Shown here piece by piece: positions 1 to 11,505 of a DNA stretch of 64,000 nt. Positions within the stretch are counted from its first letter, which is position 1. Each line of letters begins with the position of its first letter. This DNA is from Parasitella parasitica NRRL 2501. Its lineage: Eukaryota; Fungi; Mucoromycota. The position numbers and the translations under genes are program-made. Location of the stretch: the NCBI GenBank assembly GCA_025201805.1, contig MU619246.1:237627-301626 (forward strand), in the 5' to 3' direction. The notes below the pieces were generated by a model that saw only the letters and a program-made list of their open reading frames with translations, did not search any database and was not told the origin of the DNA.

Positions 1-331
1 GTATAGCAGTTTGAAGACTTTTTGCATCTTCTCGATGTTGTCAACTTTTTCATTGTTTAACCTTTTTTCATCGGCGTACTTCTTGTACTCTTGCTTAAGA
101 AATACTGTCCAAGAATTATATTGAGTTTTCTTTGGAGGAGAGAACGTCCCAATAAATTCAGAATTTATCTCCTGGCAAAGATGCCCAGCTACATATCGTC
201 TTGTTTCATCCGGCGAAAAGTTGTCCTCATCGCGTAAATACTGGGAGATCAGAAGATCTACGCCAGCCAAGAGGCTCTCGAACTTAAGAGTTCTTGCATT
301 AGGATTAAGAAAAAAAATGGGGGCAAGCCAT
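1..331 (-). CDS. Partial ORF running off the window start; weak HMG-box-like motif; possible homopolymer frameshift near the start
   Basis: The minus-strand frame 309->1 is open for 103 codons (LNPNARTLKF...PPKKTQYNSWTVFLKQEYKKYADEKR...). ATG at 331-329 is one base out of frame across an A8 run (310-317). Confidence 0.35.
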
Positions 332-2614
332 GTTGAATCATGTTGAATTGCAGTTATAAAGATTTGAGAAGAGAAAAGAGGTGAGTATTATTTACAGGGT
401 TCGATCGTTTCTTAATAAAAAGCTCGGACATGTAAATATTGAATAGTGTCTCAAGTGGTATGCTATATTTGGTTTTGGTTGGTTGCCAAATATAGACCAG
501 ATGAAATGATGGTTAAGGATTTCAGCTATCTGTGCGTCGAATTTGTGTAAATACTTGCCTTTGAAAAGGTAAAGCAAATCCCATGTGATTATGGCAGAAG
601 CAAAGCAAAGGTTGCCTGGATGTGTGGGCGGAAATAACGTCCGAAAGCAAGGGAAGGGACAAAAAAAAAAAATTATTAAAACACACACTGTGTATTTTAA
701 AAATATTTCCCTATTGTTAATGTTGGGTGTTTGTTTATCCTAGGTCAATAAAGTTGGATTCGCCATAATCCAATGATTTGCTGGTTCGAAGATGGAACAC
801 AATGGCAACCGCTTGCTGGGTACCACGATGTTGTTTTCAGTCCATAATTATTGTAAGCATATCTAAGAAATTCAAGTTTCGGGTGCCTTGATCTCTTAAG
901 ATCATGTACCGTACTGTCTGGCAGAAATAGTGAATTGTTCTCAAATGATGCCATTCTTTCATAATTAGATCCGAAGGTTTATAAGAACCCCAAACCATAC
1001 AGTAGGCATCTTTACTTGGATACTCTTTGGGTCATCGACTGTCTGGAAAGGTTACCACTGCCTAAGACACCAGCCACATCATAATCATCGCCACTATCTA
1101 TCAATATGAGAGCAAAAGACAGAAACATCAATCTTAAAATCCTGTAAAGTAATTACACTACAAGAATACAGCAAAATAACCAAGTTTTTGGATTTTTGAG
1201 AATTCGGCGTTAAATCTAGTGCTGTATATCCCATTTTCAAAAAACTAATTGAAAATATATAAAAATTTTAGAAAATTATATAAAAAAAAAGATGTACGTA
1301 TGCAACAAAGCGTGAAAAAAAAATGGCAAGCTCTTTAGAAAAGAGTAAATCATGTCAAAAGTCGAGTGAAATAGCTCGAAATACTCGATTTGGACATGAC
1401 CTAACTAAAAGAGGCCATTTTTTTTTAGCTGTACACTCTGTTCTATTTAATAATATTTTGTTAAATAGTCGACTGTACCATCCTTTCCATTGTGATGTCT
1501 TTTCAAAATAGGAGAATTACTTAGGCTTCTTGTCTGTTCATCTTTAATCCAATCATATTACTCTAAATGAGGATCTTGTATATCTACCACCAAAAATAGG
1601 CCAGTTTGAGATGTTATGGTTTAATGTGTATAAACAAAAATACAAAATTACAATTTGAATATTTTAAAATATATTCACAGAGAATTTAATCGAGTTATTT
1701 CACAAAATAGCATAGAGATAATTGTTTAAAGATCTGGAATGAGAATGTTCAAAGTGGCTGCAGAACAAAGAGGCACTATTGTGTATTTTATATGGCCAGA
1801 GTTTGCTGTATTCAGTTGCCACCCAGTTCGTTAATGCAGGTGAAAATGTCAATTCGTCGATCATAGATCTGAATTATACTTTCGTTTGGTCCCTAGATGT
1901 TTCCCCCTGAATTTTGTAGTGCGTATATCTATTGAAAAAATCATCATTCACAATTACTAGAGGAGAAACAGTGTTTACCAAGGAGATTATGTAGAGGGAG
2001 ATGTATATATAGATGAATATATATATAAATATAGACAAATATACACCAAGATGAAAAGTAGGAGACCTTTATGATAGGAGCAACATAGCAAAACAAGGCA
2101 CAATCCCCACACGAAAATAATGGAAATAACTTGCGTAATTTCTATCCATTGTCTATAGGGTTCTTTCATTGTTTGAATATATTTAAATATTTCATTGTTT
2201 GCATTCATACTTTCTATGATTCAAGTACTTTTACACTAGTATAAAACAAGAGATTGTTGAAAATTGAATCTGCAGCTGTCAATCTCGATGATTCGAAAGT
2301 TATTGATGTAACAGTACATCCAAGGGTTTTTTGATATATACCTGCAAGTTTGCATAAAAGAACTTAAAATTCTATATATGCATACAGAAAATAAGAAAGC
2401 ATAAGATTAAAATGATCACTTGTTATCATCATTGTTATTCTTGCTGACATGAACACTTGCGAATACAATGGGCTACTTTGTAAATAAGCTTTGCATAGCA
2501 TGACTAAATATATATGATCAAAATACCTCAAGGAACCCCTTTGTCTCCAGATACTGCAAATGACAATGACGATAGTGATGGTGATGGCAGTGGCAGCTCA
2601 GTGGCAGTAGTGGT

Positions 2615-2619
<5 letters not shown>

Positions 2620-2678
<59 letters not shown>
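2620..2678. repeat. Poly(dT) tract (~59 nt) upstream of the RasGEF gene
   Basis: Uninterrupted T run about 160 bp before ATG 2837; length is unreliable in a draft assembly. Confidence 0.85.
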
Positions 2679-2836
2679 CAACATGCAATCAATGCAATAA
2701 AGGAGGAGGGGTGGTGAGGGGAGATTTAAGCTATCAATACATACATATATAATAATCCCCTTTTTGTCTCGCTCTGTCTTTCTCTTTTTCTCTCTTTCTC
2801 TCAATTTACTTTTTTTTGTTTTTACTATAAATTTCA

Positions 2837-5585
2837 ATGTGGATACCTCGCAAAATAAATTTTCTGAAAAAGAATCAGAAAAAGAAAGAAGAACATGTAC
2901 GATTATTTGAATTTTACATGCTAAATGTAATACTGAAAACTTGATAGATTACATTTGTTTTGGCAATAACATCCGGCTCCGAAAATGCGGGAGCAATAAA
3001 GCTAATCGATAATTTGGCATTGGATGAAATAAATGATGATGCACACATAATAAGAACCGAAAATGCTCTGGATGGTAAACTGTTTATATCAACATGGCAT
3101 TCATATGTATTGACGAATCTACAGGAAAATTATACCGTCTCAGGAACAATAAGCAGCTTATTGTTCAGATCATCGAATGCACTGGCATTCCCTCTATGGT
3201 AATTAATGCATACAATGATCTCATGAACAGAACCTGATAATACTGTAGAAACTTCACTCATTAGATGGGGTATTGATAAGCTACGACCTGACAAACAAAG
3301 ACTCAATGACTTCTTTACATGGTTTAACAAGTAGGATATAACTGCAAACAAGTTAGCGCTGATAATTTATGCGCAATAAATATAGGAACCTTTGTAGTGG
3401 AGAAAGTTCCATGTCTTTTAATTGGATTCAAATCAAATTCAACAGCTTCAAGAGCTATCGATGTTAACGCAGGATATTCGATAGGGGATCAATTTGGTGT
3501 ACAAGTAATTGAATTCAATGACTTTACAGTGCGCGAAATAGACTTGTTACAGGCAACTTTCAAGAGACTTATCTATTCAGATCGAAAAATATGGACATCT
3601 GGTACAGTTGTACCGCTAACATCAACATCACATACGAGCGAACCATCTACTGTCACAATACCGCCATCACCACCAGCAAAGAATTCATTACGACCTACGC
3701 ACTTGGCATCGCCAACACAATCGCTACCACCGGCACATTTGCAAGCACAGGTAGAATTGCTGCCACCATCATCGTCAACAGCCTCGTCTACTTCCAGCGA
3801 AGGAGAATCCGTTGAAGACATCATTGACCGCCTTCTAAACAATCCTCAAGATAAAGATGGCATCATTGTGTTTTTAACGGTATTTCGCAAATTCATGAAA
3901 CCCTCTCAGCTTGTGAAAATTTTAATAGAAAAGTTTGACCTGACTCATCAGCAAGATGATCATTTTAAACCCTCCAATACAACCGAAGATTTCCTGCAAG
4001 CCAACTCTAGACAGCAAGGGATTCGATCGTTTTTGTGCATATGGCTATCAACTTATTGGAATGATTTTAGGAGCTCGGATACTCGTCGGATGTTGCTTGA
4101 CTTTCTTGATTCAATTTCAAATTATCAAGAATTGAGTCCAATATGTGATATACTTTTTCCCTTGGCTACAAGAATAGCTCCTCTGGACGACAAAGATGCC
4201 TCTTGGGGAATGGTCGACTACGAAGGAACTCTTACTACTCAAGGGAAAAAAGACAGCGCTTTTTGCGATGCGTTGCAATCGACCAGCTCCAGCGCCTCTC
4301 CTCCTCCACCTCTTCCACTCAAGAGCCCAACAGAAAGTAGAGCTACTACATCAAAGCGTGCTGCATCTGCCATGCCGCATGCAAAGTCTGCCTTGAAGTC
4401 CAGCGATACTGTACAAATCAAAGGAAAATCAGCCTCTGGATCATTTCTTCTCCAGAAACACAAGCAGCAGCAGCAGCAGCAGCAAAACAAGGATGCCGAA
4501 AACAAAGAACCTTCTTTCCATTTTGGCGGTGGAATTATTCCCTTGCACCATGACCATGCCATTGTGATCCATGACCACGAAGCTCAGTTTGATATGCTAA
4601 TGTCATTAACGCCTACCAAGCTAGCGGAGCAACTCACTTGGATTGACCTAGAAATATTCAAAAAAATACAGCCCAGAGATTTCCTTCGTCAGCTATGGGC
4701 CAGTCAAGAGAGGAAGAGATCGTCCAGCAGAAATCCTGTTTCAGCCTCCATTGAGCACTTTAATTTTGTATCTGGTTGGATCGCCTCGTTGGTTGTTAAT
4801 CAAACTCTTATTGAAAAAAGGGTGCGTGTCCTTGAATTTTGTTGGAAGGTGGCAGTAGAGCTGAAGTGCATGAATAACTTTAATACGCTGATGGCGGTCA
4901 TGGCTGGCGTGAACAGCGCTGCCGTCTTGAGATTAAAAAAAACCAGATCAGAAGTACAGAGCAAGAATAAGAAATTGTATGACCAGTACTTGGAATTAGA
5001 AGCGTTAATGAGCTCAGGAGGGTATGTTTTCATATAGGAACTTCACAGCACATTTGCTAAATGTCATCATAACAGATCTTTCAGCCATTATCGTGCCGCA
5101 TTAAGCCAAACGGTCGGTATGCCTGGCATACCTTATTTGTAAGCTTATATGAACACATGTATCGTATATTTCGTATATACTAATAACCATTCTAGCGGTA
5201 TTCATCAGCAAGATTTGGTATCGTTAGGGCAAGCTAATAAAGATTACAAAGCCAATGGTAAAGTGCATTGGAAAAAGTTTCAACTGATAGGAGACTGTAT
5301 CCAACAAGTTATGCGATTCCGGTATCCCACTTATACCACTCTTGAGGCTGATTCTGTAGTCATGTATTTTATTGGACATGAAGGCACTGTAGCAACAGAA
5401 GACGTAAGTGTTTTTTTTCCCTTTTCTTTCGATGTCATGTCTGTCATTTGTGTGCTTATATCCTTTGTCTTTGTATGCAGGAACGTTATGAAAAATCACT
5501 TGTTATTGAACCGAAAAACTCTCCCAAACCTACGCCATCAAATTCAGCTTTTGCTCGTTGGTTGTCGTCCAAGAAACATGTATAA
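2837..5585 (+). CDS. Ras guanine-nucleotide exchange factor (REM + CDC25 domains) with an N-terminal degenerate Ras-like domain; 7 exons
   Basis: REM region (FLTVFRKFMKPSQLVKILIEKF) and CDC25 motifs (LAEQLTWIDLEIFKKIQPRDF, NNFNTLMAVMAGV, PGIPYF). GT-AG introns at 2897-2947, 3075-3124, 3199-3248 and ~3331-3385, plus three near the 3' end. Stop TAA at 5583-5585. Confidence 0.9.
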
Positions 5586-6299
5586 TATTTAAATGACTGA
5601 TGTACATATAATTCAAGCATTTTATACCCCCCCCCCCTCCTCTCCCTCCCACTCTCTCTCTCTCATCGACCACTCTCATTTAAAATTTTGTATATGTACA
5701 TATTTAATTATCATCAATAAAAGTCGTCTTAATATTTATCATTTTCATTATACATATGCCAATATAGAATTTATTTCTGTGAAATCTTGCCGCTTTTGAA
5801 AAGATGGTAGTTCGCAGTGTACTAACTTATGTTCAAAGGCAATTGCTGTCACACAGTGTACTGTGCGTAGATGTACGTAGTTTGTTCTCTAATTGCAAAC
5901 TTGTGTTTGCAGATATCACGATAAAGGCTATCGTCGTCAATTTTAGGAAGCTTTTGCGTTGGCGGAAACAGTGGATGATCAGTAGCAAACAACACCCGAA
6001 GGAGGCCTTCTATGCAAATATATTTCACATACATTTCAAGAGAGATCGGGATCATTGATATCGGGTCTAACCAATATAGTCATTACCTTGTTACAATTTC
6101 TCTTTTTATTGGGTAAATGTTCATGAGAAGTTTTTGTGCAAATAAACGATGCGCCCACACTCTTTACATTGGTTGATTGAGCCTGGGGGGTACATGGAGC
6201 GGTAAAAGGACTGGCAGAGGGTCTTTTCAGTATGGTGTTGTGTATTTTATGGCATTATTGTCTTTAATTTTCTTCAAAATCACAAGGTAGTACCACAAA

Positions 6300-7300
6300 T
6301 AAGAGGTGGATTATCGAGATCATGAGTTACAGGCTTTGGTTGCTTCTTTGGATGTTTTTGCAGCGTGTCTAGAAATATCTCCACTGATTTGTAAGTCTGG
6401 CTGCAAGGCGTGCAGTGATCATCTGGCCTATTCAAACTTGGTTTCTTTAAAGGATCTAGTTGAAAATTGTGGAATGATCTCAGATGCTGAAAGTAAAGCG
6501 TGCTTTTAATGTAGGCTAGATTGCATAAACGACAGTGAAAGAGAAAGTCTTACAGGTCAGAATCGGCAGTTACTGCCACAATAAAGAACACCTCTCAAAT
6601 GAGCACGAAACCTATTTCAAGGATGGGCAACTCGTTTTACAAAGTTTTCAGAAAAAGTTGGGATCCTCAACATCAGTATCCAATTCAAGGTGTTTGATAG
6701 CAAAACTTTTATATTCAGTGTTGTGAACCGATTGGGGTTGAGATATCAATAATCTGCATTCAACAAAGCAAAATAACCATGGTGACCTTGAAAGTCTAGA
6801 TTGGAGGATTCATATTCGAAGTTGCATAAAACAAGGTCCATGTTGTTTATCATTCCTTGAGTAATACGATATCGAGCTCATACAGTACAGTACCTGGTGT
6901 TTCTAGGTGAAGCTCCTTCAAGATTTGGTTGCCCTTTTTGAAGGTGTACATTGGAGTTGTTGTCTTCGATAATATTCTTCTCTGATATCAATGATACTTT
7001 GTCCTCGCTTACGTTTGAGTCTCTAGGTCGTTTTTTTTTTTTTTCTTTTTTTATGTTCTTCAGTAAGCTCTTCGGTACACTTTTGTATACTCTTCTTAAT
7101 GTTGTTCGTTATCTTCCTCTTCTTGCTCGCTTGCGCTTCTTTCACATTGTAGTATTCAGGTTAAACTAAAATTTGAACAGGCTGTATATCAAAGATATGT
7201 AGTGGCGTCCCTTTCCGTGGTTGAGTCGCCTGAGGTGTATTTTAACAGCCAGGTATCTTGCATTGGTTGAAGAAAGTAAACGAAAGGCTCGTGACCTGAA
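6300..7300 (-). pseudogene. Possible decayed coding/transposon remnant
   Basis: Coding-like fragments on the minus strand (HEPFVYFLQPMQDTWLLKY; KHLELDTDVEDPNFF) broken by stops and frameshifts; no family recognised. Confidence 0.2.
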
Positions 7301-8519
7301 AGTGTAAAACGTAGTTATTTTGACCCCAAGCCTCTTAAACCCTGATGAAGCATAGTGTAACGTACATCTGTAATTTTCTTATATAGTATCAAGTGCGATA
7401 TACACATATAATTAGACACAATAGTATTAACAAAAGATCATTTTACTGAAGCTCACAAAAGTAGCAACAAATGTATAAAAACCGTTTCCGCATAGAATAC
7501 TTGAAAATCTCCAATATATAAACATTATTATATGTGGCGAAGTAGCAATCATGTGAATAATAATAGTAATAATAATAATGATAAAATAGGTTATTTTGAA
7601 TACCATACATAAATTACAAGCTGAAGCGTTTTAGGTAATTGCGTTTGGTACAAAGATAACAATCAAAAGATTAATAGAAAGCTATCCACCCAAAATCAAG
7701 TATAATGAGCGTTAATATATTTTACTCATTGCAATGTTTATTTGTTACTTCGAATTGAATGGTCCTTTATATATACGGAAAACGTATTTTTGACAGAGTA
7801 TATAAATTCCTCAAGTTACATGTATACCATACGGGGAAATGGCAGGCCTAAATTCGGAATGTCCTAAAGCGTCTTTAAGCATCGAAATGGATGGTATGTT
7901 GAATAAAATTTATGTGTGTTATCGTTTACTCTTAGCTGAATTTATGTAGACACAATGGGCTTTTTTTTATATAAAAAAAAAAGAGATACCCGATAATGAA
8001 CACAATATTTGACGCAAAGACATATTCTAGAACACGATGATAGTATCCGGCAGACAAAATAACGTTGTATTTGTCGGGCTAGCGAGCTTTTATGGTTCGA
8101 TATGTCATATGTTGCCTTGGTCAAATGGCAACTGATGCTGCAATTGAGTTTCAATGATCACTGCTAGTGCATCTGTATAGCAGAGACAGTGCTTAGATGC
8201 ACATCAGTCATTAACAATGAGATGTCTGGATATTTGATTGTGATAAACTTACGTTTATATGCTGCAAAAGGAGGAGAGTGTCTATGTAAAAGCAAATATA
8301 CATTGAAATACACCTTTAACGCTTTTATTTATATTAGATATTATTAAAAAGGTAAAAGGCCAACAATAAAATGGGCAATTGTCGAGTCGTTGCGATAAAT
8401 GGTTGTGTGACAACAGCTAATATTGTATATAATAGGGCTTTAGGATGAATTAAGTGCCTTTTCTTCTTTCTTTCCATTGTAGACTTTTTTTATTATCATT
8501 ATTATTACATTGAAGCGCC

Positions 8520-9242
8520 ATGGCCACCACAGCAACATCAAACTATGTGCTTTACCCTCTACAAACCCCATATACATTAAATGATCTGCAACAACAACCA
8601 GAAAAACCTTTTGACAAGATGATGCAAGAATCTAAAATTAACAATGTTGTGCAATTACCGCCAACACCAACAGAGCAGGAATCCAGCATCAATAACATTG
8701 TGCAATTACCACCAACACCAACCGCCAGCGATAATGAAGACGAAGTCGAAGAGAAAGCGACACAGCAGCATAAATTACTAAAGGAAAAAATGGTGCAGCT
8801 ACAAAGAAGAGGTACAGTGTCTCTAGGAGAGCTCATTCCTGCTGCATCGGCAGTATTGGTGGCCAAGCATCGTGTTGGTTTGGCTGGACAGCCGTCTATA
8901 CAGGATTCGTGTTTAGCACGAGCTTTGACTAAGGCTAGGATTGGTATACAGACGCATCGTCTCAAAGAAAAATACCTGCTGAATGAGTGGATAAGACTAT
9001 CTCTAGCAACACCTATAGATGAGTCAATGATCAATAATGCCAAGAGAGTCGTTCAGCGTAATAGAACCAAAGAGATTGTAAAGTGGTTTGAGCAGAAATT
9101 CAAGAAAATAAGTCTGTCCCTGGACGAGCTAGAACAAAGAGTAGACAGTTTAAGGCGACAGAAGCTAGTGCAACAGCAGAAGAGTATGGCCAATAGTAAA
9201 AGCACTTCTTCATTGCCTTCACCTCCTGCAACTTATATTTAA
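8520..9242 (+). CDS. Uncharacterised 240-aa protein with an internal 17-aa duplication and a C-terminal coiled coil
   Basis: Intronless ORF with good start context (gcgccATGG) and TATA-like TATATAA ~90 bp upstream; convergent with DIM1. Confidence 0.75.
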   Translation: MATTATSNYVLYPLQTPYTLNDLQQQPEKPFDKMMQESKINNVVQLPPTPTEQESSINNIVQLPPTPTASDNEDEVEEKATQQHKLLKEKMVQLQRRGTVSLGELIPAASAVLVAKHRVGLAGQPSIQDSCLARALTKARIGIQTHRLKEKYLLNEWIRLSLATPIDESMINNAKRVVQRNRTKEIVKWFEQKFKKISLSLDELEQRVDSLRRQKLVQQQKSMANSKSTSSLPSPPATYI

Positions 9243-9401
9243 ATCTTTCTAAAGTAGCTTGATACAATTTTATACACAAACAATAATACCCCCCCTCCCT
9301 TGCCTCAATTTCATGCTTTTTCCCGCTTCTCCTCCTTGTTCTGTAGCCGTCTCTTTTTTTTTATTCGTTTATTTATAGTGTAATATTATTAAAACCGTTG
9401 T

Positions 9402-10533
9402 TTAATATTGATATTTGGTTGAGTAGTCCTTTTGTGATACAACTAAACCTCGTCCTTTTCTTGCACCACGGTACACTATCTGTGAGTGATTTAAAAATAG
9501 AATGTTACATACGGTCATCCAAACACAACACTGCATCTGCACTAACCTCTACTAAATCAATCATTTCCTGCTTATCGTCTAATGCCCAGTTGATTTTATT
9601 GTTGTTACCAGTACCCAAATCAACCATGATGTGTTTGTTGCGGAAAAAGAACATGGTTGTACATGGATCGTATAATTCGTACATCTATCATCGACTATGT
9701 AAACAGACGAATCCTCACGTGCAATGGTGTAATGCCTACCTTGTTGAAATCAGGAACCTCAGTAATATCAACCTACGTCAAAACTAGTAAGATTCTGCAT
9801 TTGTTGTAAAACACAGAACTGCTTTCTGCGCCAATTTTCTTTCTTTCTTGGAGTATTGTATTTTAAAGAATTTTTCCACGCTTCCAACGACATCCAAGCA
9901 AACAAAACATTCGACATCAACTCTTGACACTTGAAATGTGTTTGCGTGTATTTTTTTTTTCTGGAGGGGAGAGGGGGGAGGGGAGGGGAGGGAGCAGCAA
10001 AGTTGAATTTGACAGCTTTATATTTGCCAGCTTAAAGTAGTGTGTATTGAGGATGATTGATCTTTCATGTAAAACAGCAAAAGATTTCAATCATCCAGCC
10101 CCTCACTCGCAAGCATGCGTGAAATTTCTTTAAAATACAATACATCAAGGTTCAAAATTCGGTATGCGTCAACAATTCCGTGTTCTCCATAAAACTGATT
10201 TTCTTACCAAATAGATGCACGCAAAATTTTTAATTTTTTCGGCTATGCTGTATAAAATTTCGTCCATTTGCATACATACAGGATCCCAATCGTGTCCAAA
10301 TCTAATGATAACAACACGATCTTCTTCCGATAAAATCGCTTGATCAACCTGCCAGCCGTTTGTTAAATGCGGTAAGAAATACTACAATTCCGTTAGTTGG
10401 AAACAATAGATTGCCGCTGTGAATTTGCACTTACAGACTAGAGAAATAAAAAAATAAAATAAAATAAAATAAAAAAAGATAACGTTAGCTCTCCTTTTCG
10501 CCAGTCGGTTGGTCTCAGCTTTTCACTTGCCAT
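9402..10533 (-). CDS. DIM1: U5 snRNP thioredoxin-like protein Dim1/Dib1 (TXNL4A), 6 coding exons
   Basis: Exons 10533-10531 (M), 10437-10435 (S), 10381-10208 (YFLPHLTNGWQVDQAILSEEDRVVIIRFGHDWDP...IYL), 9772-9740 (VDITEVPDFNK), 9684-9547 (MYELYDPCTTMFFFRNKHIMVDLGTGNNNKINW...) and 9479-9402 (IVYRGARKGRGLVVSQKDYSTKYQY*). Near-identical to known Dim1 proteins. Confidence 0.97.
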
Positions 10534-11505
10534 GTCCTTCTAGTATAGTTAATCGTTTGCAATGGAGGAAAAAGAAACAAAAACAGATTAAAATAATGCG
10601 GGAAGAGACTTTTCGTGAGATCGTGTGACTCTTGTCAGTGTACTGCAATGGATAGTCTTTCAGTCGTTGTCATGGTATCGCTATGGAATTTACAGTTCTG
10701 GCTATTATACACTGTTGGCAATCTTAAGGCCATAAAAAGCCTTTGGGTAATTTGCTGATCAACCGCATACAAGGGCTGAAATGAGAGATCTTTAATAGCA
10801 TAGTGCATCAATTAAGTAGGGTGCAATGATGACGCCGTCTTGCGACTGTACAATAGAGGGGTCGAACCCTTTTACACAGACTCTTTCAACCGGTAGCCGT
10901 GTACGTAGGTACTTGTTCTCTCATGAGACACCTTCAGAAACATGTTATTCTTGATCTAAAAATAACGATATATTTGCTGAGCAGCAGCAAGCACTTTTTC
11001 TTGATTGTTATTCTGATAACGCACTGATATTATATGCATTAGCTTGGGGCAACAGATCTTCAATATGATAAATAAGAGTAACCCCCTAATTTTAGTGAAT
11101 GAAAAAGCGTGTTGCCGCTACATGTATAGACACATATTTAACTTGAATGGCATCAAATCATAAATGTGATGCCGAAAACGCAAGATATATTTAACACCTT
11201 TTTTTTTTTTTTTTTACCCCTGAGACCTGCAAAGCAGAGCTCGGAAGAATGAAATAAGACATGCATATATTGATATACGATCAATTTAATTTTTAAGAAC
11301 TCGCCATTTATTCGTGTAAAGAGTATGTAGAATGAGGCCGCGAAAAATATTGCAAGTGCTGGGGAGGGGATATATTGCTGAAGGCTGTGTAAAGATGGCA
11401 CTGTATATTATAGATCAGTTAGCCTAACTTTCTGTTTGTTTGTTTGTTTGTATGTTTTTGAATCTACAGAATAAAATCTAGAAATAAGAACAATGAATCT
11501 GGTAG

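Noticed and set aside
740-2000. Coding-like fragments on both strands
   Set aside because: Short, frameshifted and without recognisable motifs; cannot be assigned without a search.
2514-2837. Poly-Phe / poly-Lys ORFs
   Set aside because: Artefacts of translating the poly(T) tract.
9398-9787. 129-aa plus-strand ORF in the track
   Set aside because: Antisense shadow of the DIM1 exons.
10845-10905. Possible tRNA gene
   Set aside because: Only a T-arm/B-box-like piece; ~57 nt between candidate acceptor halves, with no D arm or anticodon arm.
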